Source of the DNA: Dendrobates tinctorius
Taxonomy: Eukaryota
Reading direction: 5' to 3'
NCBI RefSeq assembly: GCF_039654945.1
Contig: NW_027361928.1
Location: 992,001-1,056,000, forward strand
DNA length: 64,000 nt
Position numbers and translations under genes: made by a program. Of this stretch, positions 31,606-45,000 are shown in pieces. Positions within the stretch are counted from its first letter, which is position 1, and every line of letters begins with the position of its first letter. Under the pieces are notes generated by a model, which saw only the letters and a program-made list of their open reading frames with translations, searched no databases and was not told the origin of the DNA.

Positions 31606-34520
31606 AAAAAAACGAATTACTTACCGGTAATTCTCTTTTATAGAGTCCACGACAGCATCCGCTGATAGAGGGGATCCGCCCCTGGGAACAGGAAACCTAC
31701 AGAGAAGAGGGCGGTCCGCCGGTCCCCCTCGCTCCCTCAGTTGCTGGATTGCAGAGAACCGCCATGCATGTTTTAGTCAATAGTTGAGCAAGCGACTCAG
31801 ACCTACACCTCTTATAAGTTTGCTACACATATTACATAACTTATAACTCTGCTCTCCACCACCAGAGAGAACCCCGTGTCAATTAAAGGCCCCGTCACAC
31901 ACAACGATGTCCCAGCGATCCCACCAACGATCCGACATGGATGGGATTGCTGGGACATCGCTAGGCTGATCGCTGGTGAGCTGTCACATAGACAGCCCCT
32001 CCGGCGATCAGGACCAGCGACGCTGGTTTCTAATGTAAATGTCGGGTATCCAGGAGCCGCGCGGCTCTTAGATACCCGCTGTTTACATTGGAAACCAGCG
32101 TCGCCGATCGCTGGTCTCTCACTGCCACACGCAGCGATGCATGCTGGCCAGCGAGAGACCAGCGATCAAAAAAACGGCCCAGGACGATGGAGCGCGATCA
32201 GCGATACCCGGCAGGGGGCGGTCGCTGATCCCCGTCACACACAGCGATCTTGCTGGCGAGATCGCTGTGGCGTCACAAAATCAGTGTGTGACGAGGCCTT
32301 AAGGGAAGGAAGTGAGCGGGTGCTGTCGTGGACTCTATAAAAGAGATTACCGGTAAGTAATCCGTTTTTTCCTCTTCGCCACGACAGCACCCACTGAGAG
32401 ACTTTCAGAGACAATCACCTGGGAGGGCGCACCGTGTTTAGTACGGATCTACCAAAGGCCAGATCCTCGGAAGAGGATAAATCTAGCCTATACTGACTAT
32501 AAAAGGTGGATGGAGGAGACCAGGTTGCAGCCTTACATATCAGCTCAATTGGGACACTCGCCCTCTCGGCCCAGGAGGATGATATGGCTCGTGTAGAATG
32601 TGGCCTTACACCCTGTGGCGGGTCTTCCCTGATCCCCCGGGACAGCGGGCCCCTCGTAACTCTAGACCCCTTCTTGTTACCCTGGAAGGAGACAGAGAGC
32701 CCTGCTCTGCCTCCAGGGACTGGTGCTATCTAGGTAGCTAGGACTGCTCTCTCCACGTGTAACGTGTGATATCTGTCCTCCTCTGGAGCTGCTGGGCTCT
32801 CACAGAAGGAGGGTAGGCAGATCTCTTGGGACCTATGGAACTTAGTAGCCCGTCTGGGAAGATAAGATGGGTCCGTTTTTAACACTAGTCTATCCTGGGT
32901 TACTGACAGGAAGGGGGGATCTACTGATCGGGCTTGGAGATCCCTTACTGTCCATGCTGAGACTAGAGCGACCAGTAGAGCCGGTTTCAGTGAATGGCAT
33001 TTTATTGATGCTGCGGGGCCTGAGTGAAGGCATCTAAAACCAGGCTAAGGTCCCATGTTGGTAGCTGAGGAATGTAGACTGGGTTTGCTCGCTGACAAGC
33101 CGATATAAACCGGGCCTCCCACTTATTACCTGCCACATGGTAATTATATAAGGCCCCTAGAGCTGATACATGGACCTCCAGAGTGTTAACTGAGAGGTTT
33201 AACTCTCGGCCTTTCTGCAGGAACTCTAAAATGGCTGCAGTAGGTACTTCGCTGGCGAGTGTTGCTGGATGAAAAGCCAAGAATTTTTTCCACACTAGTG
33301 TAAATTCTCGCTGTGGATTCCTTCCTACTCTCTAGAAGGGTGTCAATCAGATTATTTGAGAACCCCCTCAGCTTTAATAACCCCCTTTCAAATTCCATGA
33401 CTTTAGGCGCAGGGCTTTGACTTGAGGGTGGTAACAGGGTCCTTGTGAGAGAAGGTCCCGACGTAGTGGGAGAATCCATGGGTTGGTTATCGACATGGCC
33501 CTCAGCCATGAGAACCACGGCCTCTTGGGCCAAAACGGGGCTATTAAGATGACCTTTGCACCACCTTCCCTTATTTTCCTGACTACTGTTGGCAACAGTA
33601 CCATTGGAGGAAAGGCGTAGGCCTGCCGGAATGTCCAGAGTGCTTGGAGGGCGTCAAGCAAGTCTGCATTGTCCGCTCTGTATAGAGAAGCGAACCTTTC
33701 TACATGCCTGTTGGCTCTTGTTGCGAATAGATCTATTTCTGGTCTGCTCCATTTGGCCGCTATCATCTCGAAGATGTCCCGGCTGAGCTGAGCACCCACT
33801 CCCCTTGATGCAAACTCTGGTGGCTGAGGAAGTCCGCTCTGGAATTGTCCACTCTGATGTGGAGCGCAGACAAGGAGTGGAGATGCGATTCAGCCATCTC
33901 CAAAATTCTTCCCGCGATATACATGAGTGGCCCTGATCGCGAGCCTCCTTGCCGGCTTGTGTAAGCCACTGAGGTGTTGTCTGATTGGATTCTCGTGTGG
34001 GTTCCTCGTAGCAGTGGGAGAAATTTAGATATAGCCTAATATATCGCTGTTAGTTCTCTCATATTAGATGAATTCCCCATTTCGGACTCGGACCTTTGGC
34101 CTTGCACCATATTTTCCTCTAGGTGGGCCCCCCACCTTGAGGTACTAGCGTCTGTAGTGACTATTTTAGAGGGGATAACCCACCATGGAACCCCGCCGGT
34201 AAGGTTGCTTGCGTCCAACCACCACTCTAAGGAATCGATCACTTCTGATGATAGTGATATTCTGCCTTCCATCTGCCCCTGCAGCCTATCTGCTTCTTGT
34301 AAAACGGCCCACTGCAATTTTCTGGAATGGAATTGGGCCCACTGCACTGCGGGGATGCATGATATTAGGGACCCTAGCAAGGACATGCCTTCTCGCAAGG
34401 ACATCGTGGGCTCATCCACTGCTGTCCGTACCTTATTAATTATGGCTCGTGATTTTGTTTCTGTCCGGAAGCATTTTTGACTTACAGAGTCTATTTGAAG
34501 GCCCAGGAACGTCTGACGGG
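31606..34520 (-). mobile_element. DIRS-type tyrosine-recombinase retrotransposon, 3' half, degenerate
   Basis: RNase H (IVTTDASTSRWGAHL), methyltransferase-like domain (IDLFAT..AYAFPP..ILIAPFWPKRPWF), YR (HSTRA at 32586-32600, ICKAATWS). Terminal/internal complementary repeat at 31610-31657 vs 32321-32370. Confidence 0.9.
31887..32299. mobile_element. MITE (PIF/Harbinger-like) inserted in the DIRS terminal region
   Basis: TIRs AGGCCCCGTCACACAC / GTGTGTGACGAGGCCT with TAA on both sides; internally palindromic. Confidence 0.8.
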
Positions 34521-34521
34521 T

Positions 34522-34822
34522 TAGGCCTCTTTCACACTTCAGTTTTTTACAATCAGTCACAATCCGCCAGGTTTTGAAAAAAACGGATCCTCAATTTTCT
34601 TTTGAGGATCCGTTCTTTTCCCCATTGACTTTCATTAATGGCGGATTGTGACAGATTGCCGTCCGTTGCATCCGTTTTTTTTGAGGATCCGCCAAAAGTT
34701 GCTGTCCGTCACCATCCTCAAAGATTTCAAAACGGAGCTTGCAAGGTTTTTTTCTCTGGCGGATCCTCCAGACACTGATTTAACCCGAAATTCTTTCTGG
34801 GTGCCGGACAAAAAAAAAAATC
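34522..34822. mobile_element. Truncated MITE (left end only) interrupting the DIRS element
   Basis: Starts tAGGCCTCTTTCACAC and has a GGATCC-rich body typical of frog MITEs. No matching right TIR. Confidence 0.55.
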
Positions 34823-34826
34823 TCTC

Positions 34827-35750
34827 TCATCGCTGGGATGGATCGGACGCGGCTGTCACGCCCCCCGTCGCTGGGATGGATCGGACGCGGCTGTCACCCC
34901 CCCGTCGCTGGGATGGATCGGACGCGGCTGTAACCCCCCGTCGCTCGGATGGATCGGACGCGGCTGTAACCCCCCCCTGTCGCTCGGATGGATCGGACGC
35001 GGCTGTAACCCCCCCTGTCGCTCGGACGGATCGGACGCGGCTGTAACCCCCCGTCGCTCGGACGGATCGGACGCGGCTGTAACCCCCCCTGTCGCTCGGA
35101 CGGATCGGACGCGGCTGTAACCCCCCCTGTCGCTCGGACGGATCGGACGCGGCTGTAACCCCCCCTGTCGCTCGGACGGATCGGACGCGGCTGTCACGTC
35201 CCGTCGCTGGGACGGATCGGACGCGGCTGTCACGTCCCGTCGCTGGGATGGATCGGACGCGGCTGTCACGCCCCGTCGCTGGGATGGATCGGACGCGGCT
35301 GTCACGGATCGGACGCGGCTGTCACGCCCCGTCGCTGGGATGGATCGGACGCGGCTGTCACGCCCCGTCGCTGGGATGGATCGGACGCGGCTGTCACGCC
35401 CCGTCGCTGGGATGGATCGGACGCGGCTGTCACGCCCCGTCGCTGGGATGGATCGGACGCGGCTGTCACGCCCCGTCGCTGGGATGGATCGGACGCGGCT
35501 GTCACCCCCCGTCGCTGGGATGGATCGGACGCGGCTGTCACCCCCCGTCGCTGGGATGGATCGGACGCGGCTGTCACCCCCCGTCGCTGGGATGGATCGG
35601 ACGCGGCTGTCACGCCCCGTCGCTGGGATGGATCGGACGCGGCTGTCACGCCCCGTCGCTGGGATGGATCGGACGCGGCTGTCACGCCCCGTCGCTGGGA
35701 TGGATCGGACGCGGCTGTCACGCCCCGTCGCTGGGATGGATCGGACGCGG
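34827..35750. repeat. 36-bp minisatellite immediately 3' of APEH
   Basis: GTCGCTGGGATGGATCGGACGCGGCTGTCACGCCCC units. Confidence 0.93.
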
Positions 35751-35767
35751 CGCTGCACTGTAAAGAT

Positions 35768-35773
35768 TTTATT
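35768..35773 (-). terminator. Probable APEH polyadenylation signal
   Basis: TTTATT on + (AATAAA on -), ~300 nt after the APEH stop. Confidence 0.6.
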
Positions 35774-36072
35774 GTAGAAAAGCTAGGAAAAAATTAACAC
35801 AAAGTGAGATAAAACCACAGCAAAGTGCTTGAAGGTGACGACGTGTGGTGGAGGACGAGTGATCAGATTTGGCCTTTGCCCCATGTGGTAACGCTCTGAC
35901 AAAGCACAATCACGTGTTTCCACTGCAGGGTACAAACCTGCTGGGAGTTGTAGTTCTGCAGCAGTCGCTGGTTGCAGGGCTTGTATAGGGGGCTTGCTCT
36001 GGCAGTGCATTAATTAACATGTTAACTGTGAATGTGCTGGACGATCCCCTCCCCCCTACAGACACTGGGGGT

Positions 36073-39000
36073 TCATCCTTCCAGATGCTTCACGATCCAC
36101 AGCGCGATATTCATGAAGCTGTCAGATTCCGCGTCCACCTTGTCCAACGAGTGGTTGTTTCCGGGATACCAGAGTAACCTACAGGAGAAGAGTGGTCAGA
36201 GCAGCACAGAGTATTTACAGCAGTGTATGGAGGGTGGGGGGCAATACCTACCGCGCCTCCACCCCGTGAGCTCTCAGGGCTTTATAATACTCCAGGCCCT
36301 GAGTATTCGGGACCCTGTGGTCCTCAGCTCCCAGCATCAACAGCACGGGGGTCTTCACCTGAGGGCAGGACAGTGGTCAGTGACCAAACACAAAAGACCC
36401 AAGACCTGAGCTCTCCGGGACCCCCAATGTGGAGGAGGAAAGCTCCGGCCTTTCATGACAGCAACGTCCTAATGCTGCAGCTATAGTCAGAGGAAGCCCA
36501 CCGCCCGTTCAGAAGAGCCCCCCATCTGGTCATAAGAGCCCCCTGCCTGTACCGAAGAGCCCCCCCATCACATGAGACCCCCTGCCTGTACATAAGAGCC
36601 CCCCCGTCACACGAGACCCCCCCATCTGTACATAAGAGCCCGTCCCGTCACACGACACCCCCTGCCTGTACATAAGAGCCCGTCCCGTCACACGAGACCC
36701 CCCGCCTGTACATAAGAACACGTCCCGTCACACGAGACCCCCTGCATGTACATAAGAGCCCGTCCCGTCACACGAGACCCCCCCATCTGTACATAAGAGC
36801 CCGTCCCGTTACACGACACCCCCTGCCTGTACATAAGAGCCCGTCCCGTCACACGAGACCCCCTGCCTGTACATAAGAGCCCGTCCCGTCACGAGACCCC
36901 CTGCCTGTACATAAGAACCCGTCCCGTCACATGAGACCCCCTGCATGTACATAAGAGCCCGTCCCGTCACGAGACCCCCTGCATGTACCTAAGAGCCTGT
37001 CCCGTCACACAAGACCCCCCGCCTGTACATAAGAGCCCCCCGTCACACGAGACCCCCCGCCTGTACATAAGAGCCCGCCCTGTCACACGAGACCCCCCAT
37101 CTGTACATAAGAGCCCGCCCTGTCACACGAGACCCCCTGCATGTACATAAGAGCCAGTCCAGTCACACGAGACCCCCCCCATCTGTACATAAGAGCCTGT
37201 CCCGTCACATGAGACCCCCCGCCTGTACATAAGAGCCCGTCCCGTCACATGAGACCACCTGCCTGTACATAAGAGCCCGTCCCGTCACATGAGACCACCT
37301 GCCTGTACATAAGAGCCCGTCCCGTCACATGAGACCACCTGCCTGTACATAAGAGCCCGTCCCGTCACATGAGACCCCCCGCCTGTACATAAGAGCCCGT
37401 CCCGTCACATGAGACCACCTGCCTGTACATAAGAGCCTGTCACATGACACCCCCCGCCTGTACATAAGAGCCCGTCACATGAGACCCCCAGCCTGTACAT
37501 AAGAGCCCGTCCCGTCACATGACACCCCCCGCCTGTACATAAGAGCCCGTCCCGTTACGATACCCCCCCATCTGTACATAAGAGCCCGTCCCGTCACATG
37601 AGACCCCCCCATCTGTACATAAGAGCCTTTCCGGGCAGATGAGGCCCCCACCTATGTAGACTAGAGGAACATGGCTTCAACACCAGACCGGGTCCTCAGG
37701 ACCGTAGCCCCCAACATTCCAACCCACTAACGACCCGAGATCTGAGACAGAAGAGCAGAAATCTCTGACACTGCACAGCGGTTTGGGAAGAGCAGCTCCG
37801 GGGCACACACTTCTGCTCAGATACTAAACTCATCATGTACCTTAGAGACGTAAATTATGGGGGATTTATTCAACATGTCTCCCCAGTGCTGGGCCTGTGG
37901 GAGCGCCTCGTAGGAGAAGGCCAGGCCGGACTCCACGTAACACCTGGAAGGCAAACGCCGGGCTTCATTCACAAGCAGAACTATGTGAGGTTCTGGACAA
38001 GCGGAGCAGCGCTCACCAGTCTGGTATGTCCGTAGATCCGATCATTGCAGGGATGTTGGTCACTGGGTTCCGGACCACGCAGGCTTTGTAGAAGTCCGGG
38101 TACTGTCCAATCAGATGGCAGGAAAGGAAACCTCCATGTGAACCGCCGCACAGCGCCACCTTGTGGGGATGAATGGGCTCGGACTGTAGGACCTGCAGCA
38201 CCGCCGTCTGGGGGAGATGCGCTGTGATCAGGAAGGCTTAATATAGAGCACCCTCCTATCCCACCAGGAAGACCCCCTACCTGCACGTCCTTCACATCCT
38301 GATCTCCCACCTTCCCCAGGATCGACATGACACTATCCTGTCCAAAGCCTAAAGACCCCCTGTAATTCACTGCAACGCACAGACAGAAGGGAAAGGTCAG
38401 CGGGGGGCTGCGGGACACGTAGGAGGCAGAACAGACCCACACCGGCCCCCTCTCACCTAGCAGCACAGCGAAGCCCATCTTACACAGCATGGCCGGGATC
38501 AGAATCCACTCACTGACGAAAGTGAGCTGTGGACCCCCTGTAGGGAGAAGACAGCATGAGACAGAGACCCCCAGATACAGAGGCTGCTCCCCTGAGGGGA
38601 GAGGACCCAGGTAATGAGGGTAGACCCCCTGTAGGGAGAAGACAGCGTGAAACAGAGACCCCCAGATACAGAGGCTGCTCCCGAGGGGAGAGGACCCAGG
38701 TAATGAGGGTGGACCCCTGTAGGGAGAAGACAGCGTGAGACAGAGACCCCCAGATACAGAGGCTGCTCCCCCGAGGGGAGAGGACCCAGGTAATGAGGGT
38801 GGACCCCTGTAGGGAGAAGACAACGTGAGACAGAGACCCCCAGATACAGAGGCTGCTCCCCCGAGGGGAGAGGACCCAGGTAATGAGGGTGGACCCCTGT
38901 AGGGAGAAGACAACGTGAGACAGAGACCCCCAGATACAGAGGCTGCTCCCCCGAGGGGAGAGGACCCAGGTAATGAGGGTGGACCCCTGTAGGGAGAAGA

Positions 39001-42000
39001 CAACGTGAGACAGAGACCCCCAGATACAGAGGCTGCTCCCGCGAGGGGAGATGACCCAGTTAATGAGGGTGGACCCCTGTAGGGAGAAGACAGCATGAGA
39101 CAGACCCCCAGATACAGAGGCTGCTCCCCCGAGGGGAGAGGACCCAGTTAATGAGGGTGGACCCCTGTAGGGAGAAGACAGCATGAGACAGACCCCCAGA
39201 TACAGAGGCTGCTCCCCCGAGGGGAGAGGACCCAGGTAATGAGGGTGGACCCCTGTAGGGAGAAGACAGCGTGAGACAGAGACCTCCAGATACAGAGGCT
39301 GCTCCCCCGAGGGGAGAGGACCCAGGTAATGAGGGTGGACCCCTGTAGGGAGAAGACAGCGTGAGACAGAGACCCCCAGATACAGAGGCTGCTCCCCCGA
39401 GGGGAGAGGACCCAGGTAATGAGGGTGGACCCCTGTAGGGAGGAGACAGCGTGAAACAGAGACCCCCAGATACAGAGGCTGCTCCCCCCGAGGGGAGAGG
39501 ACCCAGGTAATGAGGGTGGACCCCTGAAGGGAGAAGACAGCATGAGACAGACCCCCAGATACAGAGGCTGCTCCCCCGAGGGGAGAGGACCCAGGTAATG
39601 AGGGTGGACCCCTGTAGGGAGAAGACAGCGTGAGACAGAGACCCCCAGATACAGAGGCTGCTCCCCCGAGGGGAGAGGACCCAGGTAATGAGGGTGGACC
39701 CCTGTAGGGAGGAGACAGCGTGAAACAGAGACCCCCAGATACAGAGGCTGCTCCCCCCGAGGGGAGAGGACCCAGGTAATGAGGGTGGACCCCTGAAGGG
39801 AGAAGACAGCATGAGACAGACCCCCAGATACAGAGGCTGCTCCCCCGAGGGGAGAGGACCCAGGTAATGAGGGTGGACCCCTGTAGGGAGAAGACAGCGT
39901 GAGACAGAGACCCCCAGATACAGAGGCTGCTCCCCCGAGGGGAGAGGACCCAGGTAATGAGGGTGGACCCCTGTAGGGAGGAGACAGCGTGAAACAGAGA
40001 CCCCCAGATACAGAGGCTGCTCCCCCCGAGGGGAGAGGACCCAGGTAATGAGGGTGGACCCCTGAAGGGAGAAAAAAAAAAGTATGAAACAGGGACCAGG
40101 AACCCCAAATAGTACAAACCCCCTAGAGTGAAAGGATCACCCTGGACTGGGACCAAAACGTGTAGACCACCAAGAACTCACCATGAGGGTAGACCACCAG
40201 AGGATGGCGATGGTCCAGGGGGCCGGTCTGTGGCTTCAGAAGGATGGATTCAAAGTCCAGTCCGGCTACAAGACAGGAGGAGAAGACCCCGGTGAGCCCT
40301 CGCAGACACTTGGGGGGGCCGCCACAATTCTGGAGGAAAACCCCTTCAGATGTTTCTACATTTTTGCACAACACAAAGTCGCAAAGAAATGTCTCCTAAT
40401 GGAGGGGGCAGATCCCGGCCCCAGTGTCTGCAGAGAACACCCAGTGCCACCGCTCTACAGCTGAAGGTTTGTTACAATGTGTCCAATCTCACTTTCCTCA
40501 ATGAGCTGATCACACTGGGTGTCTGCTCTCCTGATACACTGTGACAAGACCCCAGCTGTGAGCAGGACCACCCCATTGCCCAGCTACATACGATACTGGG
40601 GGTTTTCCTCCTCCGGCGGGGGCTGATGGCTCTTGTAGCTCCAGCCTATGTCAGCGATACTGTTCTCCTCCTCTAAAGAAACCCACGCGATGTCCGCCTC
40701 GCTACCGGGCGGCGGCAGGAACCCCACTTTCTGCAGAGAGGAGAAATATCATAAGTAAGCAAAAGCAGGGCGAGGAGCAAAGAGCAGGGCGAGGAGCAGA
40801 GCAAGAAGCAGGAGCAAAGAGCAGGGCGAGGAGCAAAGTTAAGAGTAGGGCGAGGAGCAGAAGCAGAGCAAGAAGCAGGAGTAAAGAGCGGGGCGAGGAG
40901 CAGAGTGAAGAGCGGGGCGAGGAGCAGAGTGAAGAGCGGGGCGAGGAGCAGAGTGAAGAGCGGGGCGAGGAGCAGAGTGAAGAGCGGGGCGAGGAGCAGA
41001 GTGAAGAGCGGGGCGAGGAGCAGAGTGAAGAGCGGGGCGAGGAGCAGAGTGAAGAGCGGGGCGAGGAGCAGAGTGAAGAGCGGGGCGAGGAGCAGAGTGA
41101 AGAGCGGGGCGAGGAGCAGAGTGAAGAGCGGGGCGAGGAGCAGAGTGAAGAGCGGGGCGAGGAGCAGAGTGAAGAGCGGGGCGAGGAGCAGAGTGAAGAG
41201 CGGGGCGAGGAGCAGAGTGAAGAGCGGGGCGAGGAGCAGAGTGAAGAGCGGGGCGAGGAGCAGAGTGAAGAGCGGGGCGAGGAGCAGAGTGAAGAGCGGG
41301 GCGAGGAGCAGAGTGAAGAGCGGGGCGAGGAGCAGAGTGAAGAGCGGGGCGAGGAGCAGAGTGAAGAGCGGGGCGAGGAGCAGAGTGAAGAGCGGGGCGA
41401 GGAGCAGAGTGAAGAGCGGGGCGAGGAGCAGAGTGAAGAGCGGGGCGAGGAGCAGAGTGAAGAGCGGGGCGAGGAGCAGAGTGAAGAGCGGGGCGAGGAG
41501 CAGAGTGAAGAGCGGGGCGAGGAGCAGAGTGAAGAGCGGGGCGAGGAGCAGAGTGAAGAGCGGGGCGAGGAGCAGAGTGAAGAGCGGGGCGAGGAGCAGA
41601 GTGAAGAGCGGGGCGAGGAGCAGAGTGAAGAGCGGGGCGAGGAGCAGAGTGAAGAGCGGGGCGAGGAGCAGAGTGAAGAGCGGGGCGAGGAGCAGAGTGA
41701 AGAGCGGGGCGAGGAGCAGAGTGAAGAGCGGGGCGAGGAGCAGAGTGAAGAGCGGGGCGAGGAGCAGAGTGAAGAGCGGGGCGAGGAGCAGAGTGAAGAG
41801 CGGGGCGAGGAGCAGAGTGAAGAGCGGGGCGAGGAGCAGAGTGAAGAGCGGGGCGAGGAGCAGAGTGAAGAGCGGGGCGAGGAGCAGAGTGAAGAGCGGG
41901 GCGAGGAGCAGAGTGAAGAGCGGGGCGAGGAGCAGAGTGAAGAGCGGGGCGAGGAGCAGAGTGAAGAGCGGGGCGAGGAGCAGAGTGAAGAGCGGGGCGA

Positions 42001-45000
42001 GGAGCAGAGTGAAGAGCGGGGCGAGGAGCAGAGTGAAGAGCGGGGCGAGGAGCAGAGTGAAGAGCGGGGCGGGGAGCAGAGTGAAGAGCGGGGCGGGGAG
42101 CAGAGTGAAGAGCGGGGCGGGGAGCAGAGTGAAGAGCGGGGCGGGGAGCAGAGTGAAGAGCGGGGCGGGGAGCAGAGTGAAGAGCGGGGCGGGGAGCAGA
42201 GTGAAGAGCGGGGCGGGGAGCAGAGTGAAGAGCGGGGCGGGGAGCAGAGTGAAGAGCAGAGTGAAGAGTAAAGAGCAGGAGAGGAGCTGAAGCAGAGCAA
42301 GAAGCAGGAGTAAAGAGCAGGGCGAGGAGCAGAAGCAGGAGTAAAGAGCAGGGCGAGGAGAAGAGTGAAGAGCAGGGTGAGGAGCAGAGTAAAGGGCAGG
42401 GCGAGGAGCAGAGTGAAGAGTAAAGAGCAGGGCGAGGAGCAGAGTTAAGCGCAGGGCGAGGAGCAGAGTTAAGCGCAGGGCGAGGAGCAGAGTTAAGCGC
42501 AGGGCGAGGAGCAGAGTGAAGCGCAGGGCGAGGAGCAGAGTGAAGCGCAGGGCGAGGAGCAGAGTGAAGCGCAGGGCGAGGAGCAGAGTGAAGCGCAGGG
42601 CGAGGAGCAGAGTGAAGCGCAGGGCGAGGAGCAGAGTGAAGCGCAGGGCGAGGAGCAGAGTGAAGCGCAGGGCGAGGAGCAGAGTGAAGCGCAGGGCGAG
42701 GAGCAGAGTGAAGCGCAGGGCGAGGAGCAGAGTGAAGCGCAGGGCGAGGAGCAGAGTGAAGCGCAGGGCGAGGAGCAGAGTGAAGCGCAGGGCGAGGAGC
42801 AGAGTGAAGCGCAGGGCGAGGAGCAGAGTGAAGCGCAGGGCGAGGAGCAGAGTGAAGCGCAGGGCGAGGAGCAGAGTGAAGCGCAGGGCGAGGAGCAGAG
42901 TGAAGCGCAGGGCGAGGAGCAGAGTGAAGCGCAGGGCGAGGAGCAGAGTGAAGCGCAGGGCGAGGAGCAGAGTGAAGCGCAGGGCGAGGAGCAGAGTGAA
43001 GAGCAGGGCGAGGAGCAGAGTGAAGAGCAGGGCAAGGAGCAGAGTGAAGAGCAGGGCGGGGCGTGGCCTGGCGCATGATGTGAGAGGACGTGCAGTGGAG
43101 CTCTCCTGCCACAATCTCCCTTACTAAGGATACCTGAGGCGCCGCCGAACGCTGAAATTGCTCCAAGGAGTGTGCAGAGATCCGGGGAGTAGCAGTGAGT
43201 GGAGGACGGTCTGGTGGAGAGGAGTCCCGCACGAGGATGACGCGCAGGAGAAAGAAGGAGCTGGCGGCGTCGGGAAGCGCTCAGGCCCAAGATGGCGCCG
43301 AGGCTGCAGAGGAGGCGGCAAGGGCGAGCGCGGCATATCAAAGACGGATGGAGGTGATCGCTCGGCTGTAACGGTTTGCGGATGGGGGGGGGGGACCGAG
43401 ATTTCAGGTATAATGAGTCAAACGTTTGGTATTGTAACATATCATGGGGGGTAGAATTAAAATTCTAAGCTGGAACGTTAGGGGTCTCGCTAACGTCTCA
43501 AAACGGGCCGCAATTTTACAATATCTGCTGAAGCTGAGGCCCTCAGTGATTTGCGTCCAAGAAACACATCTGGTAGAAGACAAAGTAGCTATGATACAAA
43601 AAAGGTGGGTGAGGAAGGCTTATCACTCGACGTACTCAGCCTATGCCTGGGGAGTGCTGATCCACACTTCTACTCCATATGAAGAAGTGGAGGCTACAAT
43701 AGACAAGGATGGGCAGTACGTGTTCATTGTATGTAGGGTATTGAATAGACTATTATGTATTGTGTCTTTGTATATCCCTCCACCATTTTCTGGAAAAAAG
43801 ATACAGGAAATTCTGGACTTATCCGGGAAATGGACTGGGGCCCCGTTGCTTGTAATAGGGGATAAGGGTAAACATGCGGGGAGCAGAGAGGGAGGGAACG
43901 TGACACCTTCTGGAAACTACATGAGGGAAATTGGTTGGATAGACTTGTGGAGAGTTCGGAATATGGAGAACTACACTTACTCGTGCTACTCGGCGACGTA
44001 CGGATCCCGGTCTCGCATTGATGTGGCTTTGGGAAATGAGGGGATGGATAACTTGGTACAGGAAGTGGAATATTTGCCCAGAGTCCTATCGGATCATTGT
44101 CCACTGGTGATATCTCTACAATTGGGAGAACGGGGGAGGTTGGCAGGTTTGGGATGGAGAATTCACCCCTTTTGGTTACGGTTGCTGGATATGGGAAAGA
44201 TAGGAGAGGAGCTGGGGGAATTCTTTAGGATAAAGGAAGGTAGTGCAGAGGGTCATGTAGTCTGGGATACTATGAAGGTGTTCTTGAGAGGGATTTTATT
44301 CACAGAAGTGTCTCGATATAAGACTAGGTCTCAAAGTCTAGACAAAGCAGTGATGGAGGAATTAAGGGCGGCGGAGGAGGCATTGGGTGCGCAGTGTACT
44401 GAAGCCACGCAGACCCGCATGAGAGCGGCCCAGTCGGAGGTTAATAAACTTCACATCCGTAAGGCGGAGATGGCGGGCATTTCAGAACGAGGCCTTCTAT
44501 GCGGAGGGTGAAAAAGTGGGGCACCTGCCCTCAGTGATAGCTTCAGCACAACGGGATCCTCACATGTGTATGCAATTAAATCTAAGGAAGGTAATGTGGT
44601 TACACAGGGGGATCAGATTGTGGAAGTATTTAAACAATTTTATAGTGAGCTCTACTCCTCAAAGATACATAAAGGTAAGGAGGAGATGGACAGGTATCTG
44701 AGGGCGACTAAGCTTCCTAGACTAGGGGATGAAGACAGAGAATGGATGGATAGGCCGCTGGCAGCGGAGGAGTTGAGGGTGGCACTGGCGGACATGGCGG
44801 GTAGTAAGGCCCTGGGGGGGGATGGCATTCCGGCAGAGGTGTATAACATTTTTAATGAAGAAGTAATAACCAAATTGGAGAAGGTATTTAATGAGTCGTT
44901 GGAGAGGGGAATGTTACCTACATCTATGAGAGAGGCCATTGTGGTGGTCATTCCTAAAGCTGAGAAGGACCCATTGAATCCGGAGTCCTACAGACCAATC

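Noticed and set aside
33374-33799. Stand-alone DNA adenine methyltransferase or bacterial HGT gene
   Set aside because: It is the methyltransferase-like domain normally found between RNase H and YR in DIRS1 elements.
40673-43232. ~800-aa repetitive ORFs ([16 protein letters not shown], protamine-like RSRVKRRA)
   Set aside because: Translations of a 24-bp intronic minisatellite.
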